From an uncultured Gammaproteobacteria bacterium (GTDB lineage Bacteria > Pseudomonadota > Gammaproteobacteria > GCA-002705445 > GCA-002716945), in assembly GCA_902628335.1 (NCBI GenBank), contig CACOMO010000001.1, positions 173,313 through 237,312 on the forward strand: DNA of 64,000 nucleotides. The letters run 5' to 3'. Below are positions 1-12,729 of the stretch, piece by piece. The notes under the pieces are model-generated. The model worked only from the letters and a program-made list of their open reading frames with translations, had not been told where the DNA came from and made no database searches. The number at the start of each line of letters is the position of its first letter. Within the stretch, counting starts at the first letter, position 1. Position numbers and translations under genes: made by a program.

Positions 1-1
1 G

Positions 2-571
2 ATGATGAATGACAAATTCACGAATATTGCTCTAAAGATTTTTTCATTAGGCTATTCAATACCTGGTGTTGTTATTGCAGTTGGTATTATTATTTTTGTC
101 ACATCAATTGATAATATTCAAGCTTTTCTATTTGATGAACCCTTTTACTTCTTCAGTGGCTCCCTTGTAGCACTTTTCATTGCGTATTTAGTTAGATTTT
201 CGACTCTGTCTCTTAATGCTACAGAGGCAGGTTTAAGTAAGATTAAAAAAAATATTGATTTAACTATTAATACTTTCCAGTTAAATCCTATTTTAGCTCT
301 TAGCAGAGTACACATTCCTATGATGAAAACAACAATCGTCACATCTTTGATATTAGTATTTGTGGATATTATCAAAGAACTACCAGCTACTTTAATTCTC
401 AGACCATTCAATTTTGATACACTTGCAATAAACGTTTATGAATTAGCGTTGTCAGAACAATTAATGTTTATTGCATCTCCTTCACTAATGTTAATCATTA
501 TTGGCCTAATTCCTGTTATAATACTTATTAACAACACAATTATAGATAAAAATGAGAAGCTCGAAACTTGA
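2..571 (+). CDS. ABC transporter permease, C-terminal part (gene begins upstream of window); iron(III)/FbpB-like by context
   Basis: ORF open at window edge. Hydrophobic multi-helix sequence with an EAA-like loop (NATEAGLSKIKKNIDL). Overlaps the downstream ABC ATPase gene by 20 nt. Confidence 0.6.
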   Translation: MMNDKFTNIALKIFSLGYSIPGVVIAVGIIIFVTSIDNIQAFLFDEPFYFFSGSLVALFIAYLVRFSTLSLNATEAGLSKIKKNIDLTINTFQLNPILALSRVHIPMMKTTIVTSLILVFVDIIKELPATLILRPFNFDTLAINVYELALSEQLMFIASPSLMLIIIGLIPVIILINNTIIDKNEKLET

Positions 572-1595
572 AATAAAAAGTATTTCTTACTCAATTAACA
601 ATAATCTAATTTTAGATAACCTTGATCTTGACATTTTGCCGGAGGAAATCATTTCAATTATTGGCCCCAGCGCATCTGGGAAGAGTTCACTTTTAAGAGT
701 AATTGCAGGCTTTGATCAAATTAACTCAGGTCGTATTATCCTTAATGAGAAAATAGTAGATGATGGTAGTTTATTCATTAAACCATATAAAAGAAATGTT
801 GGAATCATTTTTCAGGACTTAGCATTATTCCCACATTTGACCTGTGCAGAGAATATTCTATTTGGTTTATCAAAAAATGATATCTCTGAAAAGAATACAC
901 GACTTAAAAAATTATCTAATCTTTTAGACATAAAAAATATTCTCGAAAAATTCCCCCACGAAATATCCGGGGGACAACAGCAAAGAATCGCAATAGCAAG
1001 AGCATTAGCACCGAAACCTGAACTACTTCTCTTTGATGAACCATTTAGTGCGTTGGACGAGGAATTAAAAGACCTATTGATCGCTGATGTGAAAGCTCTT
1101 CTAAAAACTGAAAAGATTACATCTGTATTTGTTACACATAATATCAAAGAGGCCTTTCAGTTATCTGACAAAATAGCTTACTTGTCAGATAGAAGGATTA
1201 TACAAAATGATACTCCATATAACATTTACCATAAACCTATCTCTAGGGAAATTGCTCATTTCTGTGGCAGTGGCTGTTTTGTTCGAGGAACAGTTATCGA
1301 TTCTAACCATGTTGCTACTCCACTAGGAAAACTATCTGGGGATACTGTTCCATATAAAGTTAATGATGACGTTGATGTTATGGTAAGACCTGATGATGTA
1401 ATTCATGATAATAACTCTTCTGAATCAGCGCGTGTGGTAGAGAAAAAATTTTTTGGGTCAGATTTTTTATATAAATTAGAGTTGAAGGATGGACAGAATA
1501 TTCTGTGCTTAACTCCTAGTCATCATGATCACTCTATTAATGAAGTAATAGGCATAAGAGTAGAAATAGATCATCTTGTCTTGTTTAGTGTCTAA
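552..1595 (+). CDS. ABC transporter ATP-binding protein (FbpC/PotA-like, with C-terminal TOBE-like extension)
   Basis: Walker A GPSASGKSS, ABC signature ISGGQQQRIAIARAL, Walker B LLLFDEPFSALD. ATG start at 552. Confidence 0.85.
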   Translation: MRSSKLEIKSISYSINNNLILDNLDLDILPEEIISIIGPSASGKSSLLRVIAGFDQINSGRIILNEKIVDDGSLFIKPYKRNVGIIFQDLALFPHLTCAENILFGLSKNDISEKNTRLKKLSNLLDIKNILEKFPHEISGGQQQRIAIARALAPKPELLLFDEPFSALDEELKDLLIADVKALLKTEKITSVFVTHNIKEAFQLSDKIAYLSDRRIIQNDTPYNIYHKPISREIAHFCGSGCFVRGTVIDSNHVATPLGKLSGDTVPYKVNDDVDVMVRPDDVIHDNNSSESARVVEKKFFGSDFLYKLELKDGQNILCLTPSHHDHSINEVIGIRVEIDHLVLFSV

Positions 1596-3241
1596 TCAAT
1601 TTCACGAAGCTTTCTCCGTAAAATCTTCCCGACATTATTTTTGGGTATTTCGCTTATAAAAAAAACTTTTTTAGGCTGCTTATAGATAGTGAGGCCCTTT
1701 CTACAATACTCTAATATATCACTCTCAGAAATTTTTTCATTATCCCTTACTACGTATAGAATGATACTTTCACCTCTATTGATGTCTGGTTTTCCAACCA
1801 CGCCACACTCAATTATTCCTTGATAGCTTGATACGTAATCTTCAATTTCATTTGGGTAAACATTGAAACCTGACGAGAGAATCATGTCTTTTTTTCTATC
1901 TACAATATAAAGATAGCCACGTTGATCGATCTTAGCTATATCCCCGGTTTTAAAAAACCCATCACTACTGAAAGAATCTTTTGTCTCACTATCTTTATTC
2001 CAGTACTCCTTCATTACTTGAGGGCCTTTAATACAAAGTTCGCCAGATTCTCCTATGGGAAGTTCTATATCATCTTCATCTCTAATTGATATCTCTGTTG
2101 ATGGAAGAGGAAGCCCAATTGATCCATTAAAACTACTCTTGACTGGATTAACAGTAACAATAGGCGAGGTTTCAGTTAAGCCATAACCCTGTGTTATATC
2201 ACAGCCTGTTATTGTTTTCCATTTTTTAGCAGTCGATTTTAAAACAGCCATACCTCCACCAACGGAAAATTTCAATGATTTGAATTCAATATTTCTGAAT
2301 TTTGAACTTGTTAGTAACAAATTAAATAAAGTATTTACAGCTGTGATAACTGTAAATTTATGTTTTGATAAAGTTTTTACAAAAGTTTTAAGATCACGCG
2401 GATTGGCTATAAGTATATTTTTTGACCCGATCTTGTAAAAAAATAGTAGGTTCACCGTAAGAGAAAAAATGTGATATAACGGAAGAGCAGTTATTATGAT
2501 CTCTTTACCCTCTGATAATATATTATCAACCCATAATTGAAGTTGTGACATGTTTGAAACTAGATTGTGATGTGTTAAAACCGCAGCTTTTGATTTTCCG
2601 GTAGTACCACCTGTATATTGCAGTAATGCGATATCATTTTTAGATATTGAGATGTTAGGATATTTACCAGTGGATCTAATTACATCTTTGAATAAAATAT
2701 AATTTTTTTTATTTATAGTCCTCTTAGTTTTGAAGAAAAGTACAGATCTTACAATTATCCTCATAGGGAGGTTTAATAAATCAAATGGCTGACTAACTAT
2801 AACACGCTTTATATTGGTCTCAGCGAGTATCGGCTCAAGTTGATCTAAAAATTTATCCAAAATCACAATAGTTTCAGCCCCACAATCACTAAGCTGGCTT
2901 TTAATTTCTCTCGATTTGAATAATGGATTAACGTTAATAACGATTGCACCGATATTAAGAGAACCAAAGAATGTTACAGGATATGTTAATAAGTTAGGTA
3001 GCATCACTGCGACCTTATCCCCTTTTCTGATCCCAAGATCATTATAAAGGTAAGATGAAAATTTATCTGCCAACAATGCCGTCTCTTTGAAACTGAGATT
3101 AGAATTTAGATTATTGAATGCAACCAAGTCTGAATATTTCTTAGATGCATTTTTAAATATGTCAGGAATAGAGTTAAATTCAGAATCTGAAAATTCGCTT
3201 GGTACATGATCTGGATAACTATCTAGCCAAATTTTTTTCAT
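1592..3241 (-). CDS. fadD: Long-chain fatty acid--CoA ligase (AMP-binding enzyme)
   Basis: AMP-binding motifs LQYTGGTTGKSKAAVLTH, GYGLTETSP, FKTGDIA; 549 aa; ATG start. Confidence 0.85.
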   Translation of the reverse strand: MKKIWLDSYPDHVPSEFSDSEFNSIPDIFKNASKKYSDLVAFNNLNSNLSFKETALLADKFSSYLYNDLGIRKGDKVAVMLPNLLTYPVTFFGSLNIGAIVINVNPLFKSREIKSQLSDCGAETIVILDKFLDQLEPILAETNIKRVIVSQPFDLLNLPMRIIVRSVLFFKTKRTINKKNYILFKDVIRSTGKYPNISISKNDIALLQYTGGTTGKSKAAVLTHHNLVSNMSQLQLWVDNILSEGKEIIITALPLYHIFSLTVNLLFFYKIGSKNILIANPRDLKTFVKTLSKHKFTVITAVNTLFNLLLTSSKFRNIEFKSLKFSVGGGMAVLKSTAKKWKTITGCDITQGYGLTETSPIVTVNPVKSSFNGSIGLPLPSTEISIRDEDDIELPIGESGELCIKGPQVMKEYWNKDSETKDSFSSDGFFKTGDIAKIDQRGYLYIVDRKKDMILSSGFNVYPNEIEDYVSSYQGIIECGVVGKPDINRGESIILYVVRDNEKISESDILEYCRKGLTIYKQPKKVFFISEIPKNNVGKILRRKLREID

Positions 3242-3298
3242 ACATTATTGTAACATCTAAAACTTACTATTATGTTTTCTTAATCATATGAATACTTA

Positions 3299-3337
3299 TA
3301 AAAAAAGCTCTCGATAAACGAGAGCTTTTAATTTTTT
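3299..3337 (-). terminator. Intrinsic terminator downstream of groEL (symmetrical, flanked by A-run and T-run)
   Basis: 8-bp stem AGCTCTCG (3306-3313) / CGAGAGCT (3319-3326) with a 5-nt loop. A7 run at 3300-3306 gives a U-tract on the minus strand, about 30 nt after the groEL stop. Confidence 0.75.
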
Positions 3338-3356
3338 GGAAATAATCGTCAGTGAG

Positions 3357-5030
<1,674 letters not shown>

Positions 5031-5039
5031 CTAGATAAA

Positions 5040-5327
5040 TTAATTTATTATTGCTGTGATGTCGTCTTCTCTCATAACGAGTAGTTCTTCTCCATCTACG
5101 TTTACTTCTGTTCCTGAATATTTACCAAATAATATCATATCACCCACTTTAACATCGAGAGGTCGGACTTCACCGCTCTCAAGAATTTTTCCTTTACCTA
5201 TAGCAAGAACTTCGCCTTTTATGGGTTTCTCTGTTGCTGAATCAGGAATCACGATACCGCCAGGAGATGTTTTCTCCTCTTCCATTCTTCTAACAATAAC
5301 ACGGTCGTGTAAAGGTCTTATATTCAT
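5040..5327 (-). CDS. groES: Co-chaperonin GroES
   Basis: [14 protein letters not shown]... typical GroES; 95 aa; 21 nt upstream of groEL. Confidence 0.97.
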   Translation of the reverse strand: MNIRPLHDRVIVRRMEEEKTSPGGIVIPDSATEKPIKGEVLAIGKGKILESGEVRPLDVKVGDMILFGKYSGTEVNVDGEELLVMREDDITAIIN

Positions 5328-5383
5328 AGTCTGTCCTCTAGTTTCAGTTATTTACGAGCCCCCAGTGCTCTAATAGCTGTAGT

Positions 5384-5410
5384 ATATGGGTGTTTTAGGA
5401 TATTTCAAGC
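5384..5410 (-). promoter_or_regulatory. sigma32 (heat-shock) type promoter for groES-groEL
   Basis: Minus strand reads CTTGAAA-N12-CCCATATA, against the consensus CTTGAA-N13-15-CCCCATnT. It lies about 57 nt upstream of the groES ATG. Confidence 0.6.
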
Positions 5411-5426
5411 CCAAACCAAGAGTTTC

Positions 5427-5852
5427 TTAATCATCGCTTTTCTTGTGCTCGACGTCAATTATAGTCTTTTTAGAGTCTCCTGACGAGTAGTTATATCTAT
5501 TTTTGAACATATACGAAATTAACAAGGTTTGAATTGATCTGAATAACAAAAAAACACCAAGGATATCTGTCAATAGACCAGGTAAAATAAGCAGAATTGC
5601 ACTTATAAGATTAAAAACACCGTTTAGAATCTCATGATCTGGTCGAAACCCTTCAAGTATTTTTACCTGCAAATTTCTTATATTATTGAATGTCCCTATT
5701 TTGAGTAAATAAACACCAAAAAATGCAGTTACCAATGTTAATAGTATTGTCATGAAGGACCCAAGAATTGCTCCAATTTCTATAAATAAGTATATTTCGA
5801 TTATTGGAAGAAAAATTATTGCTAGAATTAGTTTATTGTTACTAAACATCAC
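5427..5852 (-). CDS. fxsA: FxsA family inner-membrane protein
   Basis: N-terminal FLPIIEIYLFIEIGAILG pattern typical of FxsA, with TM helices. The first codon is GTG (5852); the ATG at 5849 is an equally likely start. Confidence 0.7.
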   Translation of the reverse strand: MMFSNNKLILAIIFLPIIEIYLFIEIGAILGSFMTILLTLVTAFFGVYLLKIGTFNNIRNLQVKILEGFRPDHEILNGVFNLISAILLILPGLLTDILGVFLLFRSIQTLLISYMFKNRYNYSSGDSKKTIIDVEHKKSDD

Positions 5853-5931
5853 TCTACTTTATCACTTTATAATGACCAGTGTGAAGCATCATAAACGTTT
5901 TATTATGATAAAAATGTCATATAATTAGAGG

Positions 5932-7704
5932 ATGTTTGATATGAGTAAAATATTATGTTTCGTTCTATTTCTGTCACAAACAGCGAGCTACGCATCGTCA
6001 TCGATACCTTCGAATGAAACAGAATTCCTATCTCCAGATGACGCTTTTGAAGTCAGTCTGAGTTATCCGTCAAATAATCAACTTATTGTGACATGGGATA
6101 TCGAAAAGGATTATTATCTTTATGTTGGTATGATTAATTTTTCTCTTGTTGACGCAAAGAAAAATAATATTCTCAAAGTGGAACTTCCTCAGGGCAAGAA
6201 AAAAACTGATGAGTTTTTTGGTGAAGTTGATATTTATAAAGGGAGAGTCTCTGCTTATGTTTTCTTTGAAAACCCGATAAACTCACTCAAGCTTCAAGTT
6301 ATGTATCAAGGTTGTGCAGAGGCAGGCTTATGTTATCCTCCCATAAAAAAAATATTTGCCCTTGACTCAACAACAAGTCACACGGGCTCCTTTTTAAAAA
6401 CATCCTCAAGTGCTGACCAAATAACTATAAGTAAACAATTATATGACAAATCAATACTAGTTAATATTATACTTTTTTTTGTAGGAGGGTTGCTGTTAGC
6501 TTTCACGCCCTGCGTATTTCCAATGATACCAATTTTAACAGGCTTAATTGTTGGTCAAGGCTCAAATGTGAATCCAAAGCAGGCTTTTATGTTATCTCTA
6601 ACATACGTAGTTTCTATGGCGATTGCATATTCTATTCTCGGAATAATTGTCGCTTTATCTGGAGCTAATATACAGGCAACCCTTCAAAGCCCAACAGTAA
6701 TCTATACATTTTCAACTCTATTTGTAATCCTTGCATTAGGTATGTTAGGAATATTCTCAATAGAAATGCCAAGTAAAATAAAAAATTTTTTAATTATAAA
6801 ATCAAATAAAGTTGAGTCAGGCAATTATCTTGGTGTGGGAATTATGGGGCTTTTATCTGCACTAATTGTGGGACCATGTGTGACTGCTCCGTTAATAGGT
6901 GCACTTTTATACATTGCATCATCAGGCGACGTGATACTGGGTGGCTTTGCTCTTTTTGCTATGGGATTAGGAATGGGAACTCCTCTTCTTGTGCTTGGCA
7001 CTTCTGCCTCTAAACTGATGAAAAAAGTAGGTAAATACTTACCTCTCATAAATAAGTTATTTGGTATTTTATTTTTAGCAGTAGCAGTTTGGTTGCTTGA
7101 GCGAGTAACATCCATAGAAGTATCAGCACTCGCATGGTCTTTGCTCGCATTAATAAGTTTAATTATTTTACTATACTCAAAAGATGTTGTTATGAATAAA
7201 TATCTGAGAGTACTTACTGCTCTGGCTCTATCATCTTATATGATTTTGCAAGTTGTAGGCATCAATAAAAATAGTTACTTCTACCCTGTTTTTAGTTTTG
7301 TCCAAGTTGAGCAGAATGTTCAATTTAAAACTATATTTGAATCTGAAAGACTATTCGAGGAGATCAAAAGTTCAGAAAAATATACGATGGTAGATCTGTA
7401 TGCAGATTGGTGCATTGCTTGTAAAGAATTGGAAAAATATACATTTACAGATTCAAATGTAAGTGCAATTCTGGAAACTCTCAATCTTGTAAAATTTGAT
7501 ATTACTGAGACGAGCGAAGGCAGTAATAAATTCTTAAAAGATTTTAAACTTTTTGGCCCACCAGTTATAATGTTCTTCGATAGTGATGGCAACGAATTAG
7601 TTCAGTCGAGAATAATTGGCTTTGTGGACTCAGAGCAGTTCATTGCAAAATATAATCTGATACATAAAAGTCTTTCTGAAGTAAATAACAATAAAAGCTT
7701 GTAA
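5932..7704 (+). CDS. dsbD: Thiol:disulfide interchange protein DsbD
   Basis: Signal peptide; N-terminal domain Cys pair (CAEAGLCYPP); membrane core with CVFPMIP and GPCVTAP; C-terminal thioredoxin WCIACK. Confidence 0.88.
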   Translation: MFDMSKILCFVLFLSQTASYASSSIPSNETEFLSPDDAFEVSLSYPSNNQLIVTWDIEKDYYLYVGMINFSLVDAKKNNILKVELPQGKKKTDEFFGEVDIYKGRVSAYVFFENPINSLKLQVMYQGCAEAGLCYPPIKKIFALDSTTSHTGSFLKTSSSADQITISKQLYDKSILVNIILFFVGGLLLAFTPCVFPMIPILTGLIVGQGSNVNPKQAFMLSLTYVVSMAIAYSILGIIVALSGANIQATLQSPTVIYTFSTLFVILALGMLGIFSIEMPSKIKNFLIIKSNKVESGNYLGVGIMGLLSALIVGPCVTAPLIGALLYIASSGDVILGGFALFAMGLGMGTPLLVLGTSASKLMKKVGKYLPLINKLFGILFLAVAVWLLERVTSIEVSALAWSLLALISLIILLYSKDVVMNKYLRVLTALALSSYMILQVVGINKNSYFYPVFSFVQVEQNVQFKTIFESERLFEEIKSSEKYTMVDLYADWCIACKELEKYTFTDSNVSAILETLNLVKFDITETSEGSNKFLKDFKLFGPPVIMFFDSDGNELVQSRIIGFVDSEQFIAKYNLIHKSLSEVNNNKSL

Positions 7705-7756
7705 ATTCACTTAAAATCGTTTAATTTCATCTAAATAGAATTACCGTAAAAAAAAA

Positions 7757-8200
7757 GTGTCAAAAATATTGTTATTAAATGGTCCTAATCTAAACCTCTT
7801 AGGTACTCGCGAACCGGAGATTTACGGAACGACAACTTTAGATGAGATTGAAAAAAAATTGTCGTCGAGTGCAGCTGATGCAGGACATGAGTTTTCTTCC
7901 AAACAGACTAATGCTGAACATGAAATGATAGATCTTATTCAGAATGCGAAAATAAGTAATGTTGATGTGATAATAATAAATCCAGGTCCGTTGACACACA
8001 CCAGTATAGCACTAAGAGATACGTTCTTAAGTACAGGGATACCTTTTGTTGAAGTGCATATTTCTAATATTTTTCAGAGAGAGGAATTTAGGAAGAGTTC
8101 ATATCTCAGTGATATAAGTATTGGTTGTATTATTGGCTGTGGAATTGATGGATATGGTTTAGCCATGAGAAAAGTAAAAAATTATCTGAGAGACAAATAA
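7757..8200 (+). CDS. aroQ: Type II 3-dehydroquinate dehydratase
   Basis: [21 protein letters not shown] and [15 protein letters not shown] motifs. GTG start. Stop overlaps the accB ATG (TAATG). Confidence 0.93.
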   Translation: MSKILLLNGPNLNLLGTREPEIYGTTTLDEIEKKLSSSAADAGHEFSSKQTNAEHEMIDLIQNAKISNVDVIIINPGPLTHTSIALRDTFLSTGIPFVEVHISNIFQREEFRKSSYLSDISIGCIIGCGIDGYGLAMRKVKNYLRDK

Positions 8201-8664
8201 TGGATTTAAGAAAAATAAAAAAACTCATGGAGCTTCTTGAGGAATCTGGTATTTCTGAAATAGAGGTTAAAGAAGGAGAAGAGTCTATAAAACTAACTAA
8301 GCCTGGATCACATATACAGGTGCCACAACAAGTAATCTCAACCCCTTCAACTACTGCAGTGGAGGGTGTAAACAAAGAACAAGATATAGATAAGAAAGAT
8401 GACGGTCAAAAAATAAAAGACGAGATAGATGGTGATGTGATAACCTCACCAATGGTTGGAACATTTTACAGAGCTGCGTCACCAGATTCAAAGCCATTTG
8501 TTGAGAAGGGACAAAAAGTTAAAAAAGGTGATACTCTGTGTATTCTAGAGGCCATGAAAATGATGAATCAAGTAAACGCGGAGACTGGGGGGACAATTAT
8601 CGATATTATGGTTGATGACGCTGAACCCGTAGAGTTTGGACAACCGCTCTTTGTAATAAAATGA
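8200..8664 (+). CDS. accB: Biotin carboxyl carrier protein of acetyl-CoA carboxylase
   Basis: Biotinylation motif EAMKMMN; C-terminal lipoyl/biotinyl domain; precedes accC with an ATGA overlap. Confidence 0.95.
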   Translation: MDLRKIKKLMELLEESGISEIEVKEGEESIKLTKPGSHIQVPQQVISTPSTTAVEGVNKEQDIDKKDDGQKIKDEIDGDVITSPMVGTFYRAASPDSKPFVEKGQKVKKGDTLCILEAMKMMNQVNAETGGTIIDIMVDDAEPVEFGQPLFVIK

Positions 8665-10007
8665 TACAAAAGATTCTAATAGCTAATAGAGGCGAGATTG
8701 CTCTTCGAATACTAAGAGCTTGCAGAAAATTAGGTATAAAGACTGTTGCTGTGCATTCGACAGTTGATAGACAGTTACCACACGTTAAAATGGCAGATGA
8801 ATCTGTTTGTATAGGTAAAGCTGATCCAAGTAAGAGTTATCTTAATATACCATCAATAATCAGCGCGGCAGAATTAACAAATGCAGATGCAATACATCCT
8901 GGATATGGTTTTTTATCAGAATCAGCAACATTCGCTGAAATTGTTGAGTCTAATCAATTTATATTCATTGGACCTCCAAGCAGTGTCCTTAAAAAAATGG
9001 GTGATAAAATTAAAGCTAAAAAAGCTATGAAAGATTTTGGTGTGCCATGTATTCCTGGTTATGATGGTATTCTCCCAGATGACTTAAAATCAAATATTAA
9101 AGAAGCTAAGAAAATTGGATTTCCCATAATGTTGAAAGCTATCCATGGTGGTGGTGGACGAGGAATGATGATTGTCCAATCTGAAGATGAATTCGCTGAT
9201 GCAATGAAGATTACAAAAACAGAGGCTGAAAATTCATTTGGAAACGGGGACCTATATTTCGAAAAATTTTTCGATAAACCTAGGCATATAGAGATTCAAG
9301 TCATGTGTGATAATTATGGTAATGCTATTCATCTGGGTGAGCGTGACTGCTCACTTCAAAGAAGAAACCAGAAAGTAATCGAAGAGACAACCGCAATCAA
9401 TATAGCTCGTGATAAAATTAGTGATATTGGTAAAATTTGTACAGACGCATGTAAACAGCTCGGATATAGAGGAGCTGGGACTTTTGAATTCCTCTACCAA
9501 GATGGTCAATTTAGTTTTATTGAAATGAATACAAGAATACAAGTTGAACATCCTGTGACTGAATTACTTACAGGTATAGATCTCATAAGTGAACAAATTA
9601 GAGTAGCATCAGGTGAAAAACTTAACCTTACCCAAAAAGATGTGGAATTTAAAGGACATGCTATAGAGTGTCGTATTAATGCAGAAGACCCGAATACTTT
9701 CATGCCATCTCCCGGATTAATAAAAGTATTTCATCCGCCCGGTGGACCTGGTATCAGAACAGATTCGCATATTTATAGTGGCTACACAGTCCCACCAAAT
9801 TACGATTCAATGATAGCAAAGATTATTGCATATGGTGAAGACAGATCCTCAGCGATAAAGAAAATGCTTTTCGCTTTAGATGAAACTGTTATAGAAGGGA
9901 TAAAGACGAATATAAAATTACATAAAAGATTACTTAAAAGTGATTTTTTTACAACAGGTGATTTTACAATCAATACCCTGAATGCTTTTATAAAAGACGC
10001 TAAATGA
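8661..10007 (+). CDS. accC: Acetyl-CoA carboxylase biotin carboxylase subunit
   Basis: [14 protein letters not shown]..., ATP-grasp [22 protein letters not shown]; 448 aa. Confidence 0.96.
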   Translation: MIQKILIANRGEIALRILRACRKLGIKTVAVHSTVDRQLPHVKMADESVCIGKADPSKSYLNIPSIISAAELTNADAIHPGYGFLSESATFAEIVESNQFIFIGPPSSVLKKMGDKIKAKKAMKDFGVPCIPGYDGILPDDLKSNIKEAKKIGFPIMLKAIHGGGGRGMMIVQSEDEFADAMKITKTEAENSFGNGDLYFEKFFDKPRHIEIQVMCDNYGNAIHLGERDCSLQRRNQKVIEETTAINIARDKISDIGKICTDACKQLGYRGAGTFEFLYQDGQFSFIEMNTRIQVEHPVTELLTGIDLISEQIRVASGEKLNLTQKDVEFKGHAIECRINAEDPNTFMPSPGLIKVFHPPGGPGIRTDSHIYSGYTVPPNYDSMIAKIIAYGEDRSSAIKKMLFALDETVIEGIKTNIKLHKRLLKSDFFTTGDFTINTLNAFIKDAK

Positions 10008-10023
10008 TTAGCTTGTTTCGTAT

Positions 10024-10374
10024 TTAAAATATAGTAGCACCAAATATTTTTATTTCGTCTTCTTCAATACCAAGAACTAATCTACCTAAAAAATCTCCCC
10101 TAACAGTTTTACTTCTCTGTTTGTATAAGACAGTTACAAAATTATTTCGGCGTAAACATCCAAGATTAGTATACTCAGGTGATAAACTTGTAAGCATTTC
10201 ATTCCTTGACCATTGCTTACCGATCTCTACTTCATTGGAAGCTAACATCATTTCTTTCGAAAAATTTCTAGTGAAGGCATTGTAATCCTTCTTATTTGAA
10301 CTTTTGATGAGTTCATTCCAAAAAGGATTAGCAATCTCAATAATCTCCTTATCAGATTTTTTAATTAATTCCAT
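10024..10374 (-). CDS. Hypothetical protein, last gene of the apr operon (116 aa, soluble, no recognised motif)
   Basis: ATG 5 nt after the aprA stop on the same strand. No TM segment and no Cys cluster. Weak impression of an NTF2/SnoaL-like small alpha+beta protein only. Confidence 0.55.
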   Translation of the reverse strand: MELIKKSDKEIIEIANPFWNELIKSSNKKDYNAFTRNFSKEMMLASNEVEIGKQWSRNEMLTSLSPEYTNLGCLRRNNFVTVLYKQRSKTVRGDFLGRLVLGIEEDEIKIFGATIF

Positions 10375-10379
10375 TGAAT

Positions 10380-12242
10380 TTATGAAGCTTCAGATTCGTC
10401 TGTTTCTTCATCAATCAAATGGTATAAAGGAGCCTTTTCCATTTCAAATTTGCCTGTTTTAGGATCTCTTCTTGATACCGTCAAGCAATGCCAATTTTCA
10501 TCATCAAGTTTGAGAAAGTCACCTCTATAATAGTAACCAGGCCAACGAGTTTCCTCTCTAAATAGAGTGTGTTCTGTCACACATTGTGAAACTAGCGCTC
10601 TATGTTTTACTTCCCATGCCCGCATCAGCTGATGATAGTCTTCAGCGCCAATGTGCTCTAAATCCTCTTGAAGAATTCCCAAATCCTTTAAGGCTTTTTT
10701 GAGAGTATTACCGTTAGTCATATAATTAGTACCAATACCACCAACATAATCATCCATTATTTTCTGGAGCCTTTGTAATGCTTGTATTGGGAGTAGATAA
10801 CTGGGTGAAACTGTCCCAGCAGTAATTTCGTTTCTGCCAACTTTATAGTTTTCGAGAGGTTTGAAAATTTCATTTTTAAAATCGTCAATTTGCTTCTCTG
10901 TAACAGTTATCCCTTCAGCTTTTCCATCATTGATATATTGAACCGCAGACTTCGCACATATCCTACCCTCTGTAAAGGATCCAGATGAAAATATATGAGG
11001 CGTGCCACCTGCTGCATCGCCTGCACCAAATAAACCATCAACAGTCATCATTCTGTTGTAACCCCAGAAATATTCTGGAGGTGAAAGGTCTTCTGGTCCA
11101 CTCACCCATGCGCCTGAACATGTTGCATGAGAACCCATAACGTATGGCTCAGAAGTTGTAAGTTCTGGATTTTGATATTTAGGATCTATGTCTTGTGATG
11201 CCCAAACAACGGCTTGACCAACAGTCATACCTAAGAAGTTCTCCCAACCAATGACCTCAAGATGAGGGTCCTGGAAAGCTTCCATTGTTACCATATGAAT
11301 AGGTCCACCGCCAGCTGCAGTTTCTTGAATAAAGGCGTGATTCCTCAAACATGTTGGTCTAGGTACGTGGTCGATGTACTCACCAACAATTGCTTTAGTA
11401 TTGTCATACCATTTTTCTTCGTAATTTTCACCAGCTGCATTTTGAGTATAGGTTTTTAAATGGAGGAAATACGCTCCAACAGGACCGTAACCGTCCTTGA
11501 ACCTTGTGAGTACAATTCTATTTTCCATTTGTGTCATTTTGGCACCAACAGCAATTGGTAAAGCATAGGCTGACCCGTTGCTCCATGGGGCATACCATGT
11601 TCTTCCCATACCCTCACCAACAGCACGTGGTTTAAATAAATGAGAAGCTCCGCCAGCACAACATATCACGGTTTTAGATCTAAATACGTGATAATCACCT
11701 GTTCGCATATTAAAGCCAACGGCTCCTCCGATTCTATTATCTTGTGTTTCATCCATCAAAAGATGTGTGATCATTACTCTGTTGTATATTTTATCTGCAG
11801 ATTTTTTTGCTGCTTCCGCCACTATAGGCTTGTAGCTCTCGCCATGAATCATAATCTGCCACTTTCCCTCACGTTGGTAACGGCCAGTTTTTTCATTTCT
11901 CATTAGAGGAAGACCCCATTCTTCGAACATATGAACTGCAGAATCTACATGGCGTGCCGCATCATATGCCAGGTCTTCTCGAACCATTCCCATTAAATCA
12001 TTTCTAGCATATCTTACAAAATCCTCAGGTTGATTCTCATCCCAGCGCATCCCCATATAACAGTTTATCGCGTAAAGCCCTTGTGCCACAGCTCCACTCC
12101 TGTCAATATTTGCTTTCTCGGCACAAATGATTTTCATGTCACGACCCCAGTATCTTGATTCGAAAGTGGCACCAGTTCCAGCCATACCTCCACCAACAAC
12201 TAAAATATCGCAATCTTCATAAATAGTTTTTGTCTTCGCCAT
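10380..12242 (-). CDS. aprA: Adenylylsulfate (APS) reductase alpha subunit, FAD flavoprotein
   Basis: N-terminal FAD fold DILVVGGGMAGTGA. 620 aa with the AprA-typical length and sequence. Immediately follows aprB (TAATG overlap). Confidence 0.93.
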   Translation of the reverse strand: MAKTKTIYEDCDILVVGGGMAGTGATFESRYWGRDMKIICAEKANIDRSGAVAQGLYAINCYMGMRWDENQPEDFVRYARNDLMGMVREDLAYDAARHVDSAVHMFEEWGLPLMRNEKTGRYQREGKWQIMIHGESYKPIVAEAAKKSADKIYNRVMITHLLMDETQDNRIGGAVGFNMRTGDYHVFRSKTVICCAGGASHLFKPRAVGEGMGRTWYAPWSNGSAYALPIAVGAKMTQMENRIVLTRFKDGYGPVGAYFLHLKTYTQNAAGENYEEKWYDNTKAIVGEYIDHVPRPTCLRNHAFIQETAAGGGPIHMVTMEAFQDPHLEVIGWENFLGMTVGQAVVWASQDIDPKYQNPELTTSEPYVMGSHATCSGAWVSGPEDLSPPEYFWGYNRMMTVDGLFGAGDAAGGTPHIFSSGSFTEGRICAKSAVQYINDGKAEGITVTEKQIDDFKNEIFKPLENYKVGRNEITAGTVSPSYLLPIQALQRLQKIMDDYVGGIGTNYMTNGNTLKKALKDLGILQEDLEHIGAEDYHQLMRAWEVKHRALVSQCVTEHTLFREETRWPGYYYRGDFLKLDDENWHCLTVSRRDPKTGKFEMEKAPLYHLIDEETDESEAS

Positions 12243-12718
12243 TAGTAATACACTCCTTGTTTAAGTTTTCCAACTTTAGCCATCTCTGGTAAAATGCCAT
12301 CTTCTCTCTTAAGATATTTAGGCTCGTTGTATAGCAATTGTGAATTAAAATCGTCTTTAGTTGGTTTATTTTTTTCTGCAAGCTTAGGTATGTATTTACC
12401 CCACGGTTGAGTTGTAATTGGGGAGACGAAATTCTTGATGGTTCCATTCCTAAACTTGATTTTCCAAGAAATGGTCCCTTTCTCCTCCTCTCGAAGGACT
12501 CTAACTTTATGTCCCATGGGCGCAAAATCTGCATAACCTCTTACGTCAATCGCATTTTGAGGACATGCCTTCACACATGAGTAGCACTCCCAGCAAAAAT
12601 TAGGTTCAATGTTAACTGCTCTTCTGATTAATTTATCGATGTGCATAATATCTGATGGACAAATATCTACACAGTGTCCACATCCATCACATCTTGTCAT
12701 ATATACATAAGTTGACAT
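12242..12718 (-). CDS. aprB: Adenylylsulfate reductase beta subunit (2x[4Fe-4S])
   Basis: Two ferredoxin motifs, CDGCGHCVDICP and CWECYSCVKACP, plus the AprB-type C-terminal tail; 158 aa. Confidence 0.93.
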   Translation of the reverse strand: MSTYVYMTRCDGCGHCVDICPSDIMHIDKLIRRAVNIEPNFCWECYSCVKACPQNAIDVRGYADFAPMGHKVRVLREEEKGTISWKIKFRNGTIKNFVSPITTQPWGKYIPKLAEKNKPTKDDFNSQLLYNEPKYLKREDGILPEMAKVGKLKQGVYY

Positions 12719-12729
12719 TTTATCTCTCC

